A stretch of DNA of 55,663 nucleotides, counting the filler, from Jimgerdemannia flammicorona (lineage: Eukaryota), in assembly GCA_003990765.1 (NCBI GenBank). It is 3 parts of 3 records of this genome, joined end to end, with 100 filler letters (N's around TTAATTAATTAA, not from the genome) between each part and the next. Parts side by side here need not be neighbours in the genome. Positions count along the whole stretch, not along the records: positions 18,591 to 37,077 come from RBNJ01002201.1; positions 37,178 to 55,663 come from RBNJ01002202.1; 1 more part is not named here. The stretch is one strand, 5' to 3'. Below the pieces are notes generated by a model. The model was not told the DNA's origin. It did not search any database and worked only from the letters and a program-made list of their open reading frames with translations. A program made the translations under genes and the position numbers. Below are positions 35,332 through 48,894 of this stretch, piece after piece. Every line of letters starts with the position of its first letter. Position 1 is the stretch's first letter.

Positions 35332-36649
35332 TATAACATACCTGGCTCAATAGAGATAAATTATAAGGTTGGGGGTTAATGTAGTTTGGCTTAAGCCCCC
35401 AGTTACTTTATTAAAAAGCAACAAAATGTTCTTAGATTCCTGAGATCCTTGTTAGTGTTTAGTAGTATAATAGTCAAGTTTAGATATAATAGTTGATTTG
35501 TATGTTAATTTTCTTATTAGAGCAGTTCTCTGGGTATAGCATCAATTTGTATAATATAGGTGGTTTATATGATAGTCTCTGTGTAATATAAGTAGATTCC
35601 TTATGTAAGACAATCTGGCAATTTAGTGGTTTCCTTCTTGAGTGGTAGCAATTTCTTATATAATATGATGATCTCTAAAAGTATATAGTTTCTGATATGA
35701 TAATCTTGATATAATGATCTCTGTATAGTGCAATGAGTTTCTTATATATGACAATCTGGTAATTTGACAGTCTTCCTTATATAGATTTAGTGGATAACTC
35801 AGTCTGGTATAGATTCTCTTAAATTAGTAGACTTCTTAAATATCACAGATTTTTCTGAATCAGCTCACTGGGAATTATACTGGTGGTGAATTCTTTCTGA
35901 ATTGGCAGTTTACTGAGAATAGAGAATAGCACAGATTCTTCCTGAATCAGGCTCACTGAGAATGAATAAATAACTTAGATATTATAGATTCTTCCTGAAT
36001 TAACTCTTCTGGAAATATAGGATAACTTGATAATAGTGAATAATATAGGTGGCAGATTCTTGGTAAGTTATATCAAAGACTGGCTTCATTTGTATGAATG
36101 AATCACTGTGAAGTTGTGTCAGAAGACTGGCTTGTGGCAGAAATAGCAGGCTCTCTGAAAATGGTAGACTTCTCTTAAAAATGGCTGTAAAGTTCTTCAC
36201 TTGAACTTGGTGGCAAACTCAGATTCTTCAGACTTATCTGGCAAGTATACTAATTAATCTTTATATCAGAAAGTAAACTGAAGTGGGGAAAAGGGACCAA
36301 TGCTCAATCTTTAAAGGCTTCTTTGGTTTACTTCAACTTTTTGGACTGAGGTTTTATTCACTCTTATCTCTGGAATATTTTATACAGTTATAGTTACTAT
36401 TGGTTACTATGTTGCTAACTATAGATTACTATCTATAGTAAGTGTTTCTGAATAGTACAGTGTACCCACTTGATACAGTATACCCACTTGATATGATGTA
36501 TCTACTCAGTATAGGTAAACATACTATTTCTGATATCTCTGGCTAATTATATAGATTGGTACAGTAAAGCAGTCTTGGTTGCTTAGTGTACTAGATATGG
36601 TATAAGGCTAATTTATAATTTCAGCAGTATAATTCTATTACTCATCATA
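35332..36649 (-). repeat. Family A 5' LTR (about 1318 bp; termini decayed to TA…TA)
   Basis: Bounded by the PBS and by the match to the 3' LTR start. Contains a degenerate AAGAATCTGCCA-like motif array. Confidence 0.8.
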
Positions 36650-37077
36650 ATATATAATAACTACATCTAATGTGTCCAATATATAGTATCAATACTTAAG
36701 ATATATTAACAAATCAAGTCTCAGAAGGATGATTTAAAACAGCTCAATGAATGGACTACTATCACATATATACTTGAAAGAAGACTTTTATAAGATATAT
36801 ATGGAAAATAAAACATCCTAGTAACTATTTGATAAATAGTAAAGTATATATCTGAGATTCTCAACCTTATATATATAGATATATATAGGCTAATACATAT
36901 ACTATTATACTCTGAGAAGAAGTATTTCATTATATTTATTGATAATTATATATATCCCTTTGTCTGTAGATAAGATCATCTTTTAAAATCATTTAGCAGA
37001 CAAATTAAAGTTTGAAAAAAATGATTTTTTGAAACATTGTTTTTCTGTTAAAAATATATCTCAATTTGTTTAAAAAC

Positions 37078-37177
37078 NNNNNNNNNNNNNNNNNNNNNNN
37101 NNNNNNNNNNNNNNNNNNNNNTTAATTAATTAANNNNNNNNNNNNNNNNNNNNNNNNNNNNNNNNNNNNNNNNNNNN
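37078..37177. other. Assembly gap with artificial six-frame-stop linker
   Basis: 44 N + TTAATTAATTAA + 44 N. Confidence 0.99.
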
Positions 37178-37431
37178 AAAAAAAAAACTAAGCTGGTCTT
37201 AGTTTCTTGAACTTCCTGAAATATGGAAAATCCTGAACATCTAGAACTAGTCTGAAAAAGGACTTTGGTTGAGATGTCAACCCAATCTAGAAATCAATAA
37301 GCATAGAGGATGTACTCCATATAAAATTGATCCTGACCTTAAGAAAACAGTCTTCCAGAATATCCAGAACTTCCAGAAAACTCTTCCAGAACTATGTAAC
37401 AGTTACCCTAAAAAACAACCCTCTTATAACT

Positions 37432-37446
37432 TGGTAGCAGTAGTTT
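37432..37446 (+). promoter_or_regulatory. Family C primer binding site (TGGTAGC, tRNA-Met-like)
   Basis: TGGTAGCAGTAGTTT 3 nt after the LTR end. Copy 2 has TGGTAC-ATAGCAGCAGTTT at 51308-51326 (minus strand). Confidence 0.65.
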
Positions 37447-39451
37447 ACAATCCAATTCCACTTCAAGATACTTCCTCACCCCCACTATAAACCTCTCTGA
37501 GAATTCCTATAAGTTGGTATAAAGCCCAACCTCTGAACTGAAATTAATCCTGAACTATCTGACAATTTAGAGAGAATCGAACCTAATGTATAAGGATAAT
37601 TTGACCTCTATATCTGCAATAAGTGAGACAAACTTCATTCAAAGAAAGAAATACTCCAGTTAAATTAGCAAATAGGTGAAACCCTATTCACTGAACTCTT
37701 TGCTCTATACTCAGCAAGTCAAGACAAAGAAGGTCTTATTGAAGCCTTCTTTACTCTCCTCAATAAGAGTTTTGTCAGCTCCACAAATCCGAGTGACCTA
37801 GGATAACTATCAGTAGTCTTTCTAGTCTTAGTCCCTCACAAAGCCCAAGCCTCTATAGCTAAGTGGCTCAACTCTACCGACTTTCACCATACCAGAACCA
37901 AGATCATGTTATACTACCAATTCTAGAACAGTAAGGCCCACCATATTCTTAAAGAAGAAGCAAGAGAAACCCTTCATCAACTACCTGATCTCAAACCAGA
38001 AGCAGGCCCTACTATAGCTCTACCTGAACCTGAAACCAATACTGAACCAGAACTTGACTTTGAATTAAGTTCATCCAAAATTAGATATACAACTAATTCT
38101 GTCTACTTTGATACTGAGCAAACCCAATTACATGGGGACCAAACTGAAGAGAAGGAGGAGTATCTCAGTGAATTTGATCCCAGATACACCACTGAAGGAG
38201 ACACACCTCCATCAGGATGAAACACACCTATACAGTAATAAACAGCTATCTATTGAGCCCTTACTCCAGACCCACAACTACTACTCCAGCAACTTACACA
38301 GACCCAAAGAACCCCATCACACTCTATACTAGTACCTTAAGTAGTACCAGTAACACTACTACTAGCAGTCCAACCACCTCCAGTAAATAACATGGCAAAC
38401 TAACAGATTCTAGACCTCATAATCCAGATAGCAATAATGGCAGCCACTATCACTGCCTTAGCTGAACAGATCTGACCTATCAAAAATCTGAGCCTACCTA
38501 CTTTCAATGGTACTGCACAAGAAGTCCAAAGCTTTATTAGTATAGTTGATACTAACTTTGAAGCCAATTAATGGACCAATGAGCAAGTTGCTGACCACCT
38601 TCTGATAAACAATCAAGACCACACTCTGGGACAACTCTTTGCTATCACAACAGCCTATATTTGCTGAGTTGTTATATTCTTCCAAGGACCTGCCGAAGAA
38701 TGGTGGCAAACTCTTCCTGAAAACCCCCTCACATAGGACACCCAACCTGCAGTAGTTGCTCAAAATGCAGCAAACAATGCCCCAGGATATAAAGCCCATC
38801 CTGTAGCCCCTGGACTCAAACAACTTATGATTGCTCAATACTGTAGCAAAACCATGATTACCAAATCTCGAGTAAAACTCTGCAATCTCAAATTTGATGT
38901 ATATGGTAAAGAAGAATTTGAAACCTTCTGTATAAAACTTAAGTCACTTCTGAACACTATTGGCCTAGAATATATTGCCAATGACAAAGCATGAAATAGT
39001 ACAAAAGCAGACTGTCTATTTGATGTACTGTCTGAATGGCTTACTAGAAAAATCTGAGAACAAGATCACCCAGTTGGTTGTGATCACCAACAATGGTGTC
39101 TAGTAAGAATCAAGACTATGATCAAGCGAATCCTAATAGCTGGACTAATTCTGCCCCAAAGACAATTCAACAATAAGGAAAAGACTTGGACCAAGAAAGA
39201 AGAACCCAAGCATGAAGCATCCTGAGCTCCCTCCACATCTACCTCATGGACACCCAGAAATCATAAATCCACCCAGTCAAGTATCTTCAAGAAACTCACT
39301 GAAGGAGAAAGGAATGAACTTTGAAGAAGCAGAGTATACTTCTATTACTGAAAGACAGGACACATGACCAGTGCCTGCCCCAACTGAAAACTCCGAACAG
39401 CAACATAAGCAACTGTTACTACTCTGCACCACCTCAATAATCTGACTACCA

Positions 39452-39862
39452 GAATACTGGACTTTGTCAAGTTAAGGCAAACTACCAAGGCCCCAACCAA
39501 AGGAAGTCAAAAAGCAGCTAGATATGACCTATATGCAGCTGAAGAAGCTACAGTTTCTAATCAAGAAGTTAAGCAAGTCTATACAGAAATCAGTATCCAA
39601 ATCCCTGAAAGACATATTGGAAGGATATGCTGTCACAGTAGCCTAGCATTAAAAGGACTCTCAGTAGAAGGAGGAGTTATTGACAAGGATTATATAGGCG
39701 AAATTATTGTCCTCATCCAAAACCATAGTTGGACACCCTTCAAAATCTCCATTGGTTTCTGCATTATACAGATCCTATTCAATAAAATCAAGTCAACCCT
39801 GATAGTCAAGGAAGTTCCTGAACTACTGCCCACCATCTGAGGATCCAAAGAATTTGGCTCAT
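39452..39862 (+). pseudogene. dut: dUTPase domain of family C, between Gag CCHC and protease
   Basis: AA(R)YDLYAAE, (H)SSLALKGLSVEGGVIDKDYIGEI, (*)GSKEFGSS. In frame with the CCHC knuckle and upstream of DSGAS. Confidence 0.92.
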
Positions 39863-42744
39863 CAAACAAGGCTCCAGCCCAATCTACCATGAACAAAGAA
39901 GAATAATTCTACAAGAAAATCAAAGACAGATATATACCAAGTGGCTGATACCCCCATGGCATTGGAATGTACTCTTCCCAAATAATTAATGATTGCTTCT
40001 TTTGTGTCAATGAACTGGCTCAAAAAAGAACCAATAGAAGGAAAGATCCTATAACTGAAATCACTACCATTGGATTAGACAAACTGCTTACACTTCAAGC
40101 TTTTGTCAACTGAGCACCTGTCAAGATTATGATAGACAGTGGTGCCTCAGACAACTTTATTAATGAAGAAACAGCCAACAGACTCAAGGTCTTCATCTCT
40201 CTGGTATAACAAACTCAAGCAGTTGCTACAGCTGATGGAACCTTACATGTTATTAGCAAGGAAGTCTGCAATCTGCCCTTCTGAATTGGTAACTACCGAG
40301 TATATGTTACTCTCCAGATTGTACCACTTCCTGATAATGAAATCATCCTTGGGACTCTATAATTAAAATAAGAGAACCCTATAATCGATTGGGTAAACCA
40401 TTCCCTGACCTTCAAGAAAGGATGCCACAATTTCAAACTGCAAGGTGAAAAAGACCCACTCAGCTCTAGTAATCCTAGACCAAAGATCACTCACATCAAT
40501 AAGTTACAGCTCAAGAAATTGGCCAAAAAATGCCCTCTCTTTGCCATCTCCATCTGCCTATCCAAAGGAGAACCTGAGAACTCTGAAGAAGACTTTTCCA
40601 AAGTTGACAGCCATATCAGACCCCTACTTCAGAAATTTTGAGACATATTCCCAAAGAAACTTCTGAAAGACCTATCTCCTAAACAAGTAGTAGACCATGC
40701 CATCAAGACTATTCCAGATACCAAGCCAGCCTTCAAGTCAATCTACTATATGTCTCTGAGAAAATTGATGCACTCAAGAAGAAAATTGATGAGCTCCTAG
40801 AACAAGGCTTCATCAGATCTAGTATATCACCCTATAGTGCACCAGTTCTCTTTGTTATCAAGAAAGGAGAAGACCTGCGAATGTGCATTGATTACCATGA
40901 CCTCAATAAACAGACTATCAAGAACTGTTACCCACTACCCAGAATTGATGAAATATTCGATAGGCTTACCAACCCACAATTTATAAACTCTTTTGACCTA
41001 TGAAATAAGTACTGGCAAATTGCCATAAAAGAAGAAGATATCTACAAGACAGCCTTCTGAACTCACTATAGACATTTTGAATTCCTGGTTATGTCCTTTG
41101 GCTTAACTAATACTCTTGCAACCTTCCAGACCCTGATGAATACTATCCTGTACCTATATCTGGACAAATTCATTATTGTCTACATTGATGACATCCTAGT
41201 CTTCAGCAAAACCCTGGAGGAACACCTCAAACATCTTGAACTAGTACTACTGAAACTCTGAGAAAACCAACTCTTTACAAAACTCAGCAAGTCTGAATTC
41301 CTTCTGAAGGAAATTCAATTCCTTGGACATATTGTCATACCAAATAGAATCAAAGTGGACTCCAGCAAAATCTCCACAATTAAGGATTGGCCCAGACTTA
41401 AGAAGCTGAAAGACCTCTAGTCATTCCTGGGATTAGCAAACTATTACAGGCGATTTGTTGCCAACTTCACTAAAATCACTACTGCCCTCACTCAAATGAC
41501 TAAGTATAGTAAGAAAGAAGAACAGCCCTGGACCATGAAACAAGAAAAAGACTTCAACAATCTTGCAAATTGGGGATCTGAACAAGATACAGCCTTTCAA
41601 GCACTGAAGGATGCCTTGATAACCACTCTAGTACTTTAAGTGGCAAACTCTACCCTATCATATAAAGTTACTACTAATGCCTCTAATCTAGCCCTTGGAG
41701 CAGTACTCATGCAAGAAGGACACCCTGTGGCCTATCACTCTCGCAAGTTCAATGATGCCAAAATTAACTATGCAATCCATGAGAAGGAAATGCTAGCTAT
41801 TGTAGATACTTTGATCAAATGGTGATTATATCTAGAAGGAGCACACTTCACTATATTGATTAACTACAAGTCATTAGTCAATATCAAGACACAGGCTACT
41901 CTTTCTCAAAAGCAAGTCAGATGGATGAAAGTCCTTACCAACTTTGACTATAAAATCCAGTATTGCTCTAGTAAAGAAAATATTATTGCCGATGCAATCT
42001 TCAGACCACCCATTGACAAAGTTATCCAAACTCTCACCTTGGTTACTAATACTATCATAGAACAAATTATTGCAGCATGTGCTGATGATAAGAAAGCTCA
42101 AGCACTCTGAGAAATTCTGAGCAGTGACAATGCTGACAAGTATATCTGGTACAACCAATACCAACTGAAAGACAATACTATCTACTACAAAGACAGACTG
42201 TATATCCCAAACAACTGAGACCTCCGAAGGACTATCCTATTCAAATGTCATAATGCCCCTATAGCTAGACATTTGGTATTTGACAAATACTATGAAGTTA
42301 TCTCCTGGAACTTCTATTGGCCCCATATAGCAGATCAGCTAAAGATCTACATCACTTCTTGTAATGCCTACCAATGGAACAAGTCCTCAACACTAGCAAA
42401 ACCTGGCTTACTCTATCCTATTCCAGTACTATCTGATAATTAGGAACAAATCTCTATGGATTTCATTATATAACTACCCCAAACCAAGAATGGGAAGGAT
42501 GCAATTGTTGTCTTTGTAGACTATCTCAGTAAACAAGCCCACTTTGTGCCAACTACTACTACTGCAACAGTATCAGACATAGCCACACTCTTGTTTGACA
42601 ATATCTTTCACTATCATGGTCTTCCTAAGATCATTGTTAGTGACCGAGATCCAAAATTCACCAGCTATTTTTGGAAAGCCCTCCATGCATACCTTGAAAC
42701 AAAACTTGCACTATCTACAGCCTTTCATCCTGAAACTGATGGCC

Positions 42745-44809
42745 TGTAAGAGGGTTGCTTTTTAGGGTAACTGTTATGTAGTTCTGGAAGGGTTTTCTGG
42801 AAGTTCTAGATGTTCTGAAAGACCGTTTTCTTATGGTCAAGATCAATTTCATATAGAGTACGTCCTCTACGCTTATTGATTTCAAGTTCAGGTTGATGTC
42901 TTAATCAAAGTCCTTTTTTGGACTAGTTCTGGATGTTCAGGATTTTCATATTTCAGGAAGTTTAAGAAACTAAGACCAGCTTAGTTGAATTGGTATATCG
43001 CTGCAGACAATACCCAATTAGGAAATTTCGTGATGGGGTTAGAAGTGGGATCTAATGAAGAGTGGATTTACTTAAGAGTGGTTTGTGGATTATTAAATAG
43101 GTTTAATTGCTATTTATAATATTGCTATACTAAGAGTAGTTGTGTGAAGGGATATTGTGGGGAAGTGCTCAGGAGTTGTGTTCAGATTGTTTAAGTCTGA
43201 GATTCTGAGGTCTGGGGGAGGGGGTATTTATACTAGTGAGGGGCTATCTGGACTATGCTAAATATAGATATAGTACTTAGTGCCTTGCTGAGTCAGAATG
43301 TAGTCATATAGTACAAGTGTGATCTGACATGTCAAGAGATCATTTGGCTGCTGTATCAGTTCACAGTTATGTCATATAAGGCTAATCTAACTATACTATA
43401 ACTGCTAGGCTATTTATAGATTTAGATGCTATCTGGGTAGTCTTCAATGATATCACTATCGATTGCATTATCTCTGATAAAGTAGTCATCTAGGAAGAGT
43501 GGTTCATGGATTACTTCTCCTTGTTTGCTGAGATAACAATATATTAGAACTTCATCACCATCTCACAGGATAGCATTGTCTGTCTCATATACTGGATAAG
43601 GTGTTGGTGGGTAAAGGAGTAGTATATCGTCTTTGTTTTCATCAGTTTCGCTATCTGCATACCTTCTATAAGTTATAGCACTATGAGTTGCAGGGTTGTA
43701 GTAAGCTGACAGCTATGGTTCGTATCACTCATACTCAGATAGTAGAGTGGTTGGTTCAATCTCAAGGGTTGTCTAAAGGTACAGATTGTGTTCTCTGGTC
43801 TCTTCATTATAGTTGAAGTAATCAGGAGTAAATGTGGGTTGGTATTCATGCCAATGGTCATTGTCCCAATAGGTCTCATATGCTGTTATAAATTGTTGTA
43901 AGTTCATTGACAAGGTTGGTGGTGTGATCAGGGTTGGCAGAGATCCTTAGCTTGAGGTCATGTTGGCATCAGAGGAATCATTGTCTTCTGCTTTATCTTC
44001 ATCAAATTGGATTATGTCATAGACATCCTTCATAGCATATCTGACTTGAGGCATTTGCAGGATATGGTCATCAGAGTGTGAGAAGGTTCTGTCTGTGGTC
44101 TGGACATATTCTAGGTACTTGTGGTTGAGTTCTTATATCATGTCATCGATTTGGCCATAGGATAGGGTAGCAACCATTTCACTGGTAGTAACTCAGAGGT
44201 AGAGAATAAAGGTGCTGTACTCATAAAAGAGTTCTTTGTGTTTGCAGGCAATGAGCTTCCGGTGTTGAGACATCTGGGTAATATCTGTATCATAGTGGTG
44301 TTCAACCATATCTTTCAGGAGGTGGCTGATCTAGTAGTAGCTTGAGATTTGTCCAATTCAGTGGGCCTTGTTAAGCATGTTCAGGATGTTCCATTGAGCT
44401 TCCACAAAGTAGAGGGATGCTAGGCTATGGATATTTATGAGGGGCAGAGGGGGTGTGGCTTGGTTGATAATGGTATTCCAAATATCAGTACAGATGTGGT
44501 TGTAGATCTTGATGGTCATATTTGTATATGTTCAGAAGTTGTAGTTATTGTTTGTTTTGGTTCTCTGTTTTGATGTGTCTTGATGCTTGGTATATATACA
44601 TTTGGTCATGATTGATAAGATTCTGTTTGTATGAATCTTGTGTTCCATGACTTCATGTTGACTCAGCTTTGTGCACTGTGACTTTAGTTTGACTCAGCTT
44701 CATAATTAAGCAGATGATTTCCAGATTTGTTCAGAGGTCGTGTGTGATTTTGGTGGCTTATTCAGAGGGTGATGTGTGATTTCAGTAGCTTGGAGGTTGT
44801 ATACTTACA
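42745..44809 (-). repeat. Family C copy 2 3' LTR (2065 bp)
   Basis: Direct repeat of 51330-53177. TATAAATA at 43225-43232 (minus strand). Confidence 0.95.
43422..44519 (-). pseudogene. Family C LTR-internal (U3) accessory ORF (365 aa)
   Basis: 1098 nt from ATG to TAA. Consensus of three LTR copies is open apart from one shared TGA (likely CGA): MTTKIYNHICADIWNAIVNQ…QISSYYQIGHLLED…KLIACKHRELFYKYSTFIPCL…DSDIIEDYPDSI. Confidence 0.75.
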
Positions 44810-45249
44810 ACTCTCCCCTTCTTAGCTTTCGATATCCTCATCAGGGCCTTCTAATTTTGTTCTAGTGTTGTTACACCGATTGAGAGATCAAAAGTCTAGT
44901 GAAGTCCATTTTTTCAGAAAGTGGCATGCTCATAGTACAGTTGCCTAACATATTGGATTCACATGTTAAAGGGTCATGTATTCAATACTGTGTGCTGGAA
45001 GTGATTCTGACATCATTCACTGCTGGAGAATTTCCTCTAAGAAATCTTCTTAAATATCTATGCCTTGTTTTCCACCAGTAGTATGGAGAGAATAGGCTTG
45101 CTTTCAGTTTTGCTATTTTTCTAGAGGGTTGGTATTCTTGTCTTATTTTGTTGAGTTCTTGATTTTGTTTGTGATAATTATAATATTCAGGAGGGTGATA
45201 TATAGTATGTACTGATAGGTATCAGAATATTCAGATTTCAGTTGTTCAA

Positions 45250-45410
45250 GAAATCATATTCCTGAACTAAGTTAGTAGCATTCTGGAGGTTGGTCTTGGG
45301 TTCCCATGTGGCATCATGGATCATGTAATCTTTTCATTTGACAAGGTACTCAGGGTAGTTCTTGTTTCCACATTTGTTGAGGATTTGTTCAACTTCGTAC
45401 TCTTCTTGGT
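45250..45410 (-). pseudogene. Chromodomain at integrase C-terminus (copy 2)
   Basis: EEYEVEQILNK…EYLVK(W)KDY…DATWEPKTNLQNA. Confidence 0.9.
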
Positions 45411-48400
45411 CATTAATTATGATAGATACAGGTGGTTTGATGGTCTAGTTGGGGAATAGCTTGTTGTCATTGTCATTGTATCACTTGAGACATTGAACAT
45501 TAAAGACTGGGTAGACCTTAATGGTATCTGGTAACACCAATTTGTAGGAAGTAGGAGAGACTTGTGCGATGACTTTAAATAGTCCAATGAACTTGCTGTT
45601 CAGCTTTGTAGATGGTCTGTACTTGAGGTTATCAACTCAGTATCCTCAGATGTCCAGTAGAACTTTTTCTCCAATATCAAAGGTTTCTTCTTGGTGGTGT
45701 TGGTTAATATACTGTAACTGTTGTTCTTGAGCTTGCAATAAATTCTCAATTGCAATCTGGCTCAGATTGTGCATTTGGAGCAGGCATTCTTCAACAGCTT
45801 CAACTGTAGAGAGTTCTTCAGTAGTTCAGATGAGTGTTAAAGGGGTGTTTGGGTTTTGTTCTGTATTAGCGAAGAATGGAGTCATTCTAAGAGAGGCTTT
45901 CTTGCTGTTGTTGTAAGCAAACTCAACTGCAGTGAGGTGTTCATGCCAATTATCTTGTCTGTAGAAGATATAGTTTCTTAGCATTTGTTCCAGAGTTTGG
46001 TTCATTCTTTTGGTTTGGCCATCCATTTCTGAGTGAAAGGCTGTGAATAGTGTAAGTTTCATTCCAAGGTATGCATGGAGGGCTTTCCAAAAATGGCTGG
46101 TGAATTTTGGGTCTCAGTCACTAACAATGATCTTCAGAAGACCATAATAGCAGAAATATTGTCAAACAAGAGTGTGGCTATGTCTAGTGCTGTTGCAGTG
46201 GTGGTGGTTGGTACAAAGTGGGCTTGTTTACTGAGATAGTCTACAAAGACAATAATTGCATCTTTCCCATTCTTGGTTTGGGATAGTTATATAATGAAGT
46301 CCATAGAGATTTGTTCCCAATTAGCGGATGGTACTGGGATAGGGTGGAGTAGGCCAGGTTTTGCTAGTGTTGAGGACTTGTTTCATTGGTAGGCATCACA
46401 GGAAGTGATGTAGGTCTTGAGCTAATCTGCCATGTGGGGCCAATAGAAGTTTTGGGAAATAACTTCATAGTATTTGTCAAATCCTAAATGTCCAGCTGTA
46501 GGGGCATCATGCCATTCAAATAGGATAGTTCTTTGGAGGTCTCAGTTGTTTGGGATATATAGTCTGTTCTTGTAGTAGATAGTATTGTCTTTGAGTTGAT
46601 ATTAATAGTACTGAGTATACTTGTCAGCATCATTACTATTCAGAATTTCTCGGAGTGCTTGAGCTTCTTTATTATCAGCACATGCTGTGATAATTTGTTC
46701 CATGATAGAGTTTGTAACCAAGGTGAGAGTTTGGATAACTTCTTCAATGGGTGGTCTGGAGATTGTATCAGTAACAATGTTTTCCTTGCCAGAGTGATAC
46801 TGGATTTTATTGTCAAAGTTGGTGAGGACTTTCATCCATCTGGCTTGCTTTCGAGAAAGGATAGCCTGGGTCTTGATGTTGACTAATGACTTGTGGTCAG
46901 TCAATACAGTGAAGTGTACTCTTTCTAGATATAGTTGCCATTTGATCAGAGTATCTATGATGGCTAGCATTTCCTTCTTATGAGTTACATAGTTGATTTC
47001 GACATCATTGAACTTGTGGGAATAATAGGTGACTGGGTGTCCTTCTTGCATAAGCACTGCTCCAAGAGCTAGGTCAGAGGCATCAGTAGTGACTTCATAT
47101 AGTAGGGCAGAATTTGCTGCTTAAAGTACTGGAGTGATTATCAAGGCATCCTTTAGTACTTGAAAGGCAGTATCTTGCTTGGGTCTCCAATTTACAAGAT
47201 TGTTGAAGTCTTTCTCTTATTTTGTGGTCCAGGGTTATTCTTCTTTCTTGCTATGCTTGGTTATTTGGGTAAGAGCAGTAGCGATTTTGGCAAAGTTGGT
47301 AACAAATTGCCTGTAATAGTTTGCTAATCCCAGAAATGACTAGAGGTCTTTCAGCTTCTTGGATCTAGGCCAATCTTTGATTGCAGAGATTTTGCTGGGG
47401 TCCACTTTGATTCTATTCAGTGTAATAATGTGTCCAAGGAATTGAATTTCTTTCAGGAGGAATTCACACTTGCTGAGTTTTGCAAAGAGTTGGTTTTCTC
47501 GGAGTTTCAGTAGTACTAGTTCAAGGTGTTCCAGATGTTCCTCCAGGGTTTTACTGAAGACTAGAATGTTGTCAATATAGACAACAATGAATTTGTCCAG
47601 ATATGGGTGCAGGATAGTATTCATTAGTATCTGAAAGGTTGCAGGAGCATTAGTTAAGCCAAAGGGCATAACCAGGAACTCGAAGTGTCCATAGTGGGTT
47701 TGGAAGGCTGTCTTGTAGATGTCTTTTTCTTTCATAGCAATTTGCCAGTAACTATTTCACAGGTCAAAGGAGCTCATAAATTGTGGGTTGGTAAGCCTAT
47801 CGAATATTTCATCAATCCTGGGTAGTGGGCAACAGTTCTTAATGGTCTGTTCATTAAGGTCTTGGTAATCAATGTACATTCACAGGTCTCCTCCTTTCTT
47901 GACAACAAATAGGATCAGTGCACCATAGGGTAATACATTCGGTCTGATGAATCCTTGTTCTAGGAGCTCATCAATTTCTTTCTTAAGTGCATTGATTTCT
48001 CTCAGAGACATATGGTAGATTGACTTGAAGGCTGGCTTGGCATCTGGGATGGTCTTGATTGCATGGTCTACTGCTCATTTAGGAGGTAGGTCTTTCAGAA
48101 GCTTCTTGGGAAATATGTCTCAGAATTTCTGGAGTAGTGGTCTGACATGGCTCTCAACTTTGGAAAAGTCTTCTTCAGAGTTCTCAGGTTTTCCTTTGGA
48201 TGGGCAGATGGAGATGGCAAAAAGAGGGCATTTCTTGGCCAATTTCTTGAGTTGTAGCTTGTTTATGTGGGTGATCTTTGGTCCAGGATCACTAGAACTA
48301 AGTGGGTTCTTTTCACCTTGCAGTTTGAAGTTATGGCATCCTTTCTTGATGGTCAGAAAATGGTTTATCCAATCGATCATAGGGTTCTCTTATTTCAACC

Positions 48401-48894
48401 ATGGGGTTCCAAGAATGATCTTGTTGTCAGGAAGTGGTACAATTTGGAGGGTAACATGTACTTGGTAGTCACCAATTTGGAAGGGCAGATTGCAGACTTC
48501 CTTGCTAATGACAAGGAGGTTCCATTAGCTGTGGCAACTGCTTAAGTTTGTTGTACTGGAGAGGTGAAGACCTTAAGTCTGTTGGCTGTTTCTTCATTGA
48601 TAAAGTTGCCTGAGGCACTACTGTCTATCATAATCTTAACAGGTGCTCAGTTGACAAAAGCTTGAAGTGTAAGCAGTTTGTCTGATCCAATGGTGGTGAT
48701 TTTGGTTGTAGGGGCTTTCCTTTTATTGGTTCTTCTTTGAGCCAGTTCATTGACACAAGAGAAGCAATTATCAATCATTTGTGAATTGTACATTCTAATG
48801 TCATGGGGGCATCAGCCACTTGGTACATATCCATCTTCAATTTTCTTGTAGAATTGTTCTTCTTTGTTCATGGTAGGTTGGGCTGGGGCTTTGT

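Larger units (their letters stand above)
18825..36649 (-). mobile_element. Ty3/Gypsy family A copy 2, near full length, heavily decayed, interrupted by family B at 20697-29542
   Basis: 5' LTR 35332-36649, PBS, gag (LSTFVGYPEKDPREF), ILIDTG at about 33200, dUTPase, RT about 29950-30760, RNase H split by B, IN about 19520-20560, PPT 18964-18978, 3' LTR start at 18963. Collinear with 2900-7792. Confidence 0.93.

Noticed and set aside
36650..37077. AT-rich flank with 69-aa ORF 36721-36930
   Set aside because: TpA-saturated decayed sequence with no recognisable motif. It cannot be assigned.
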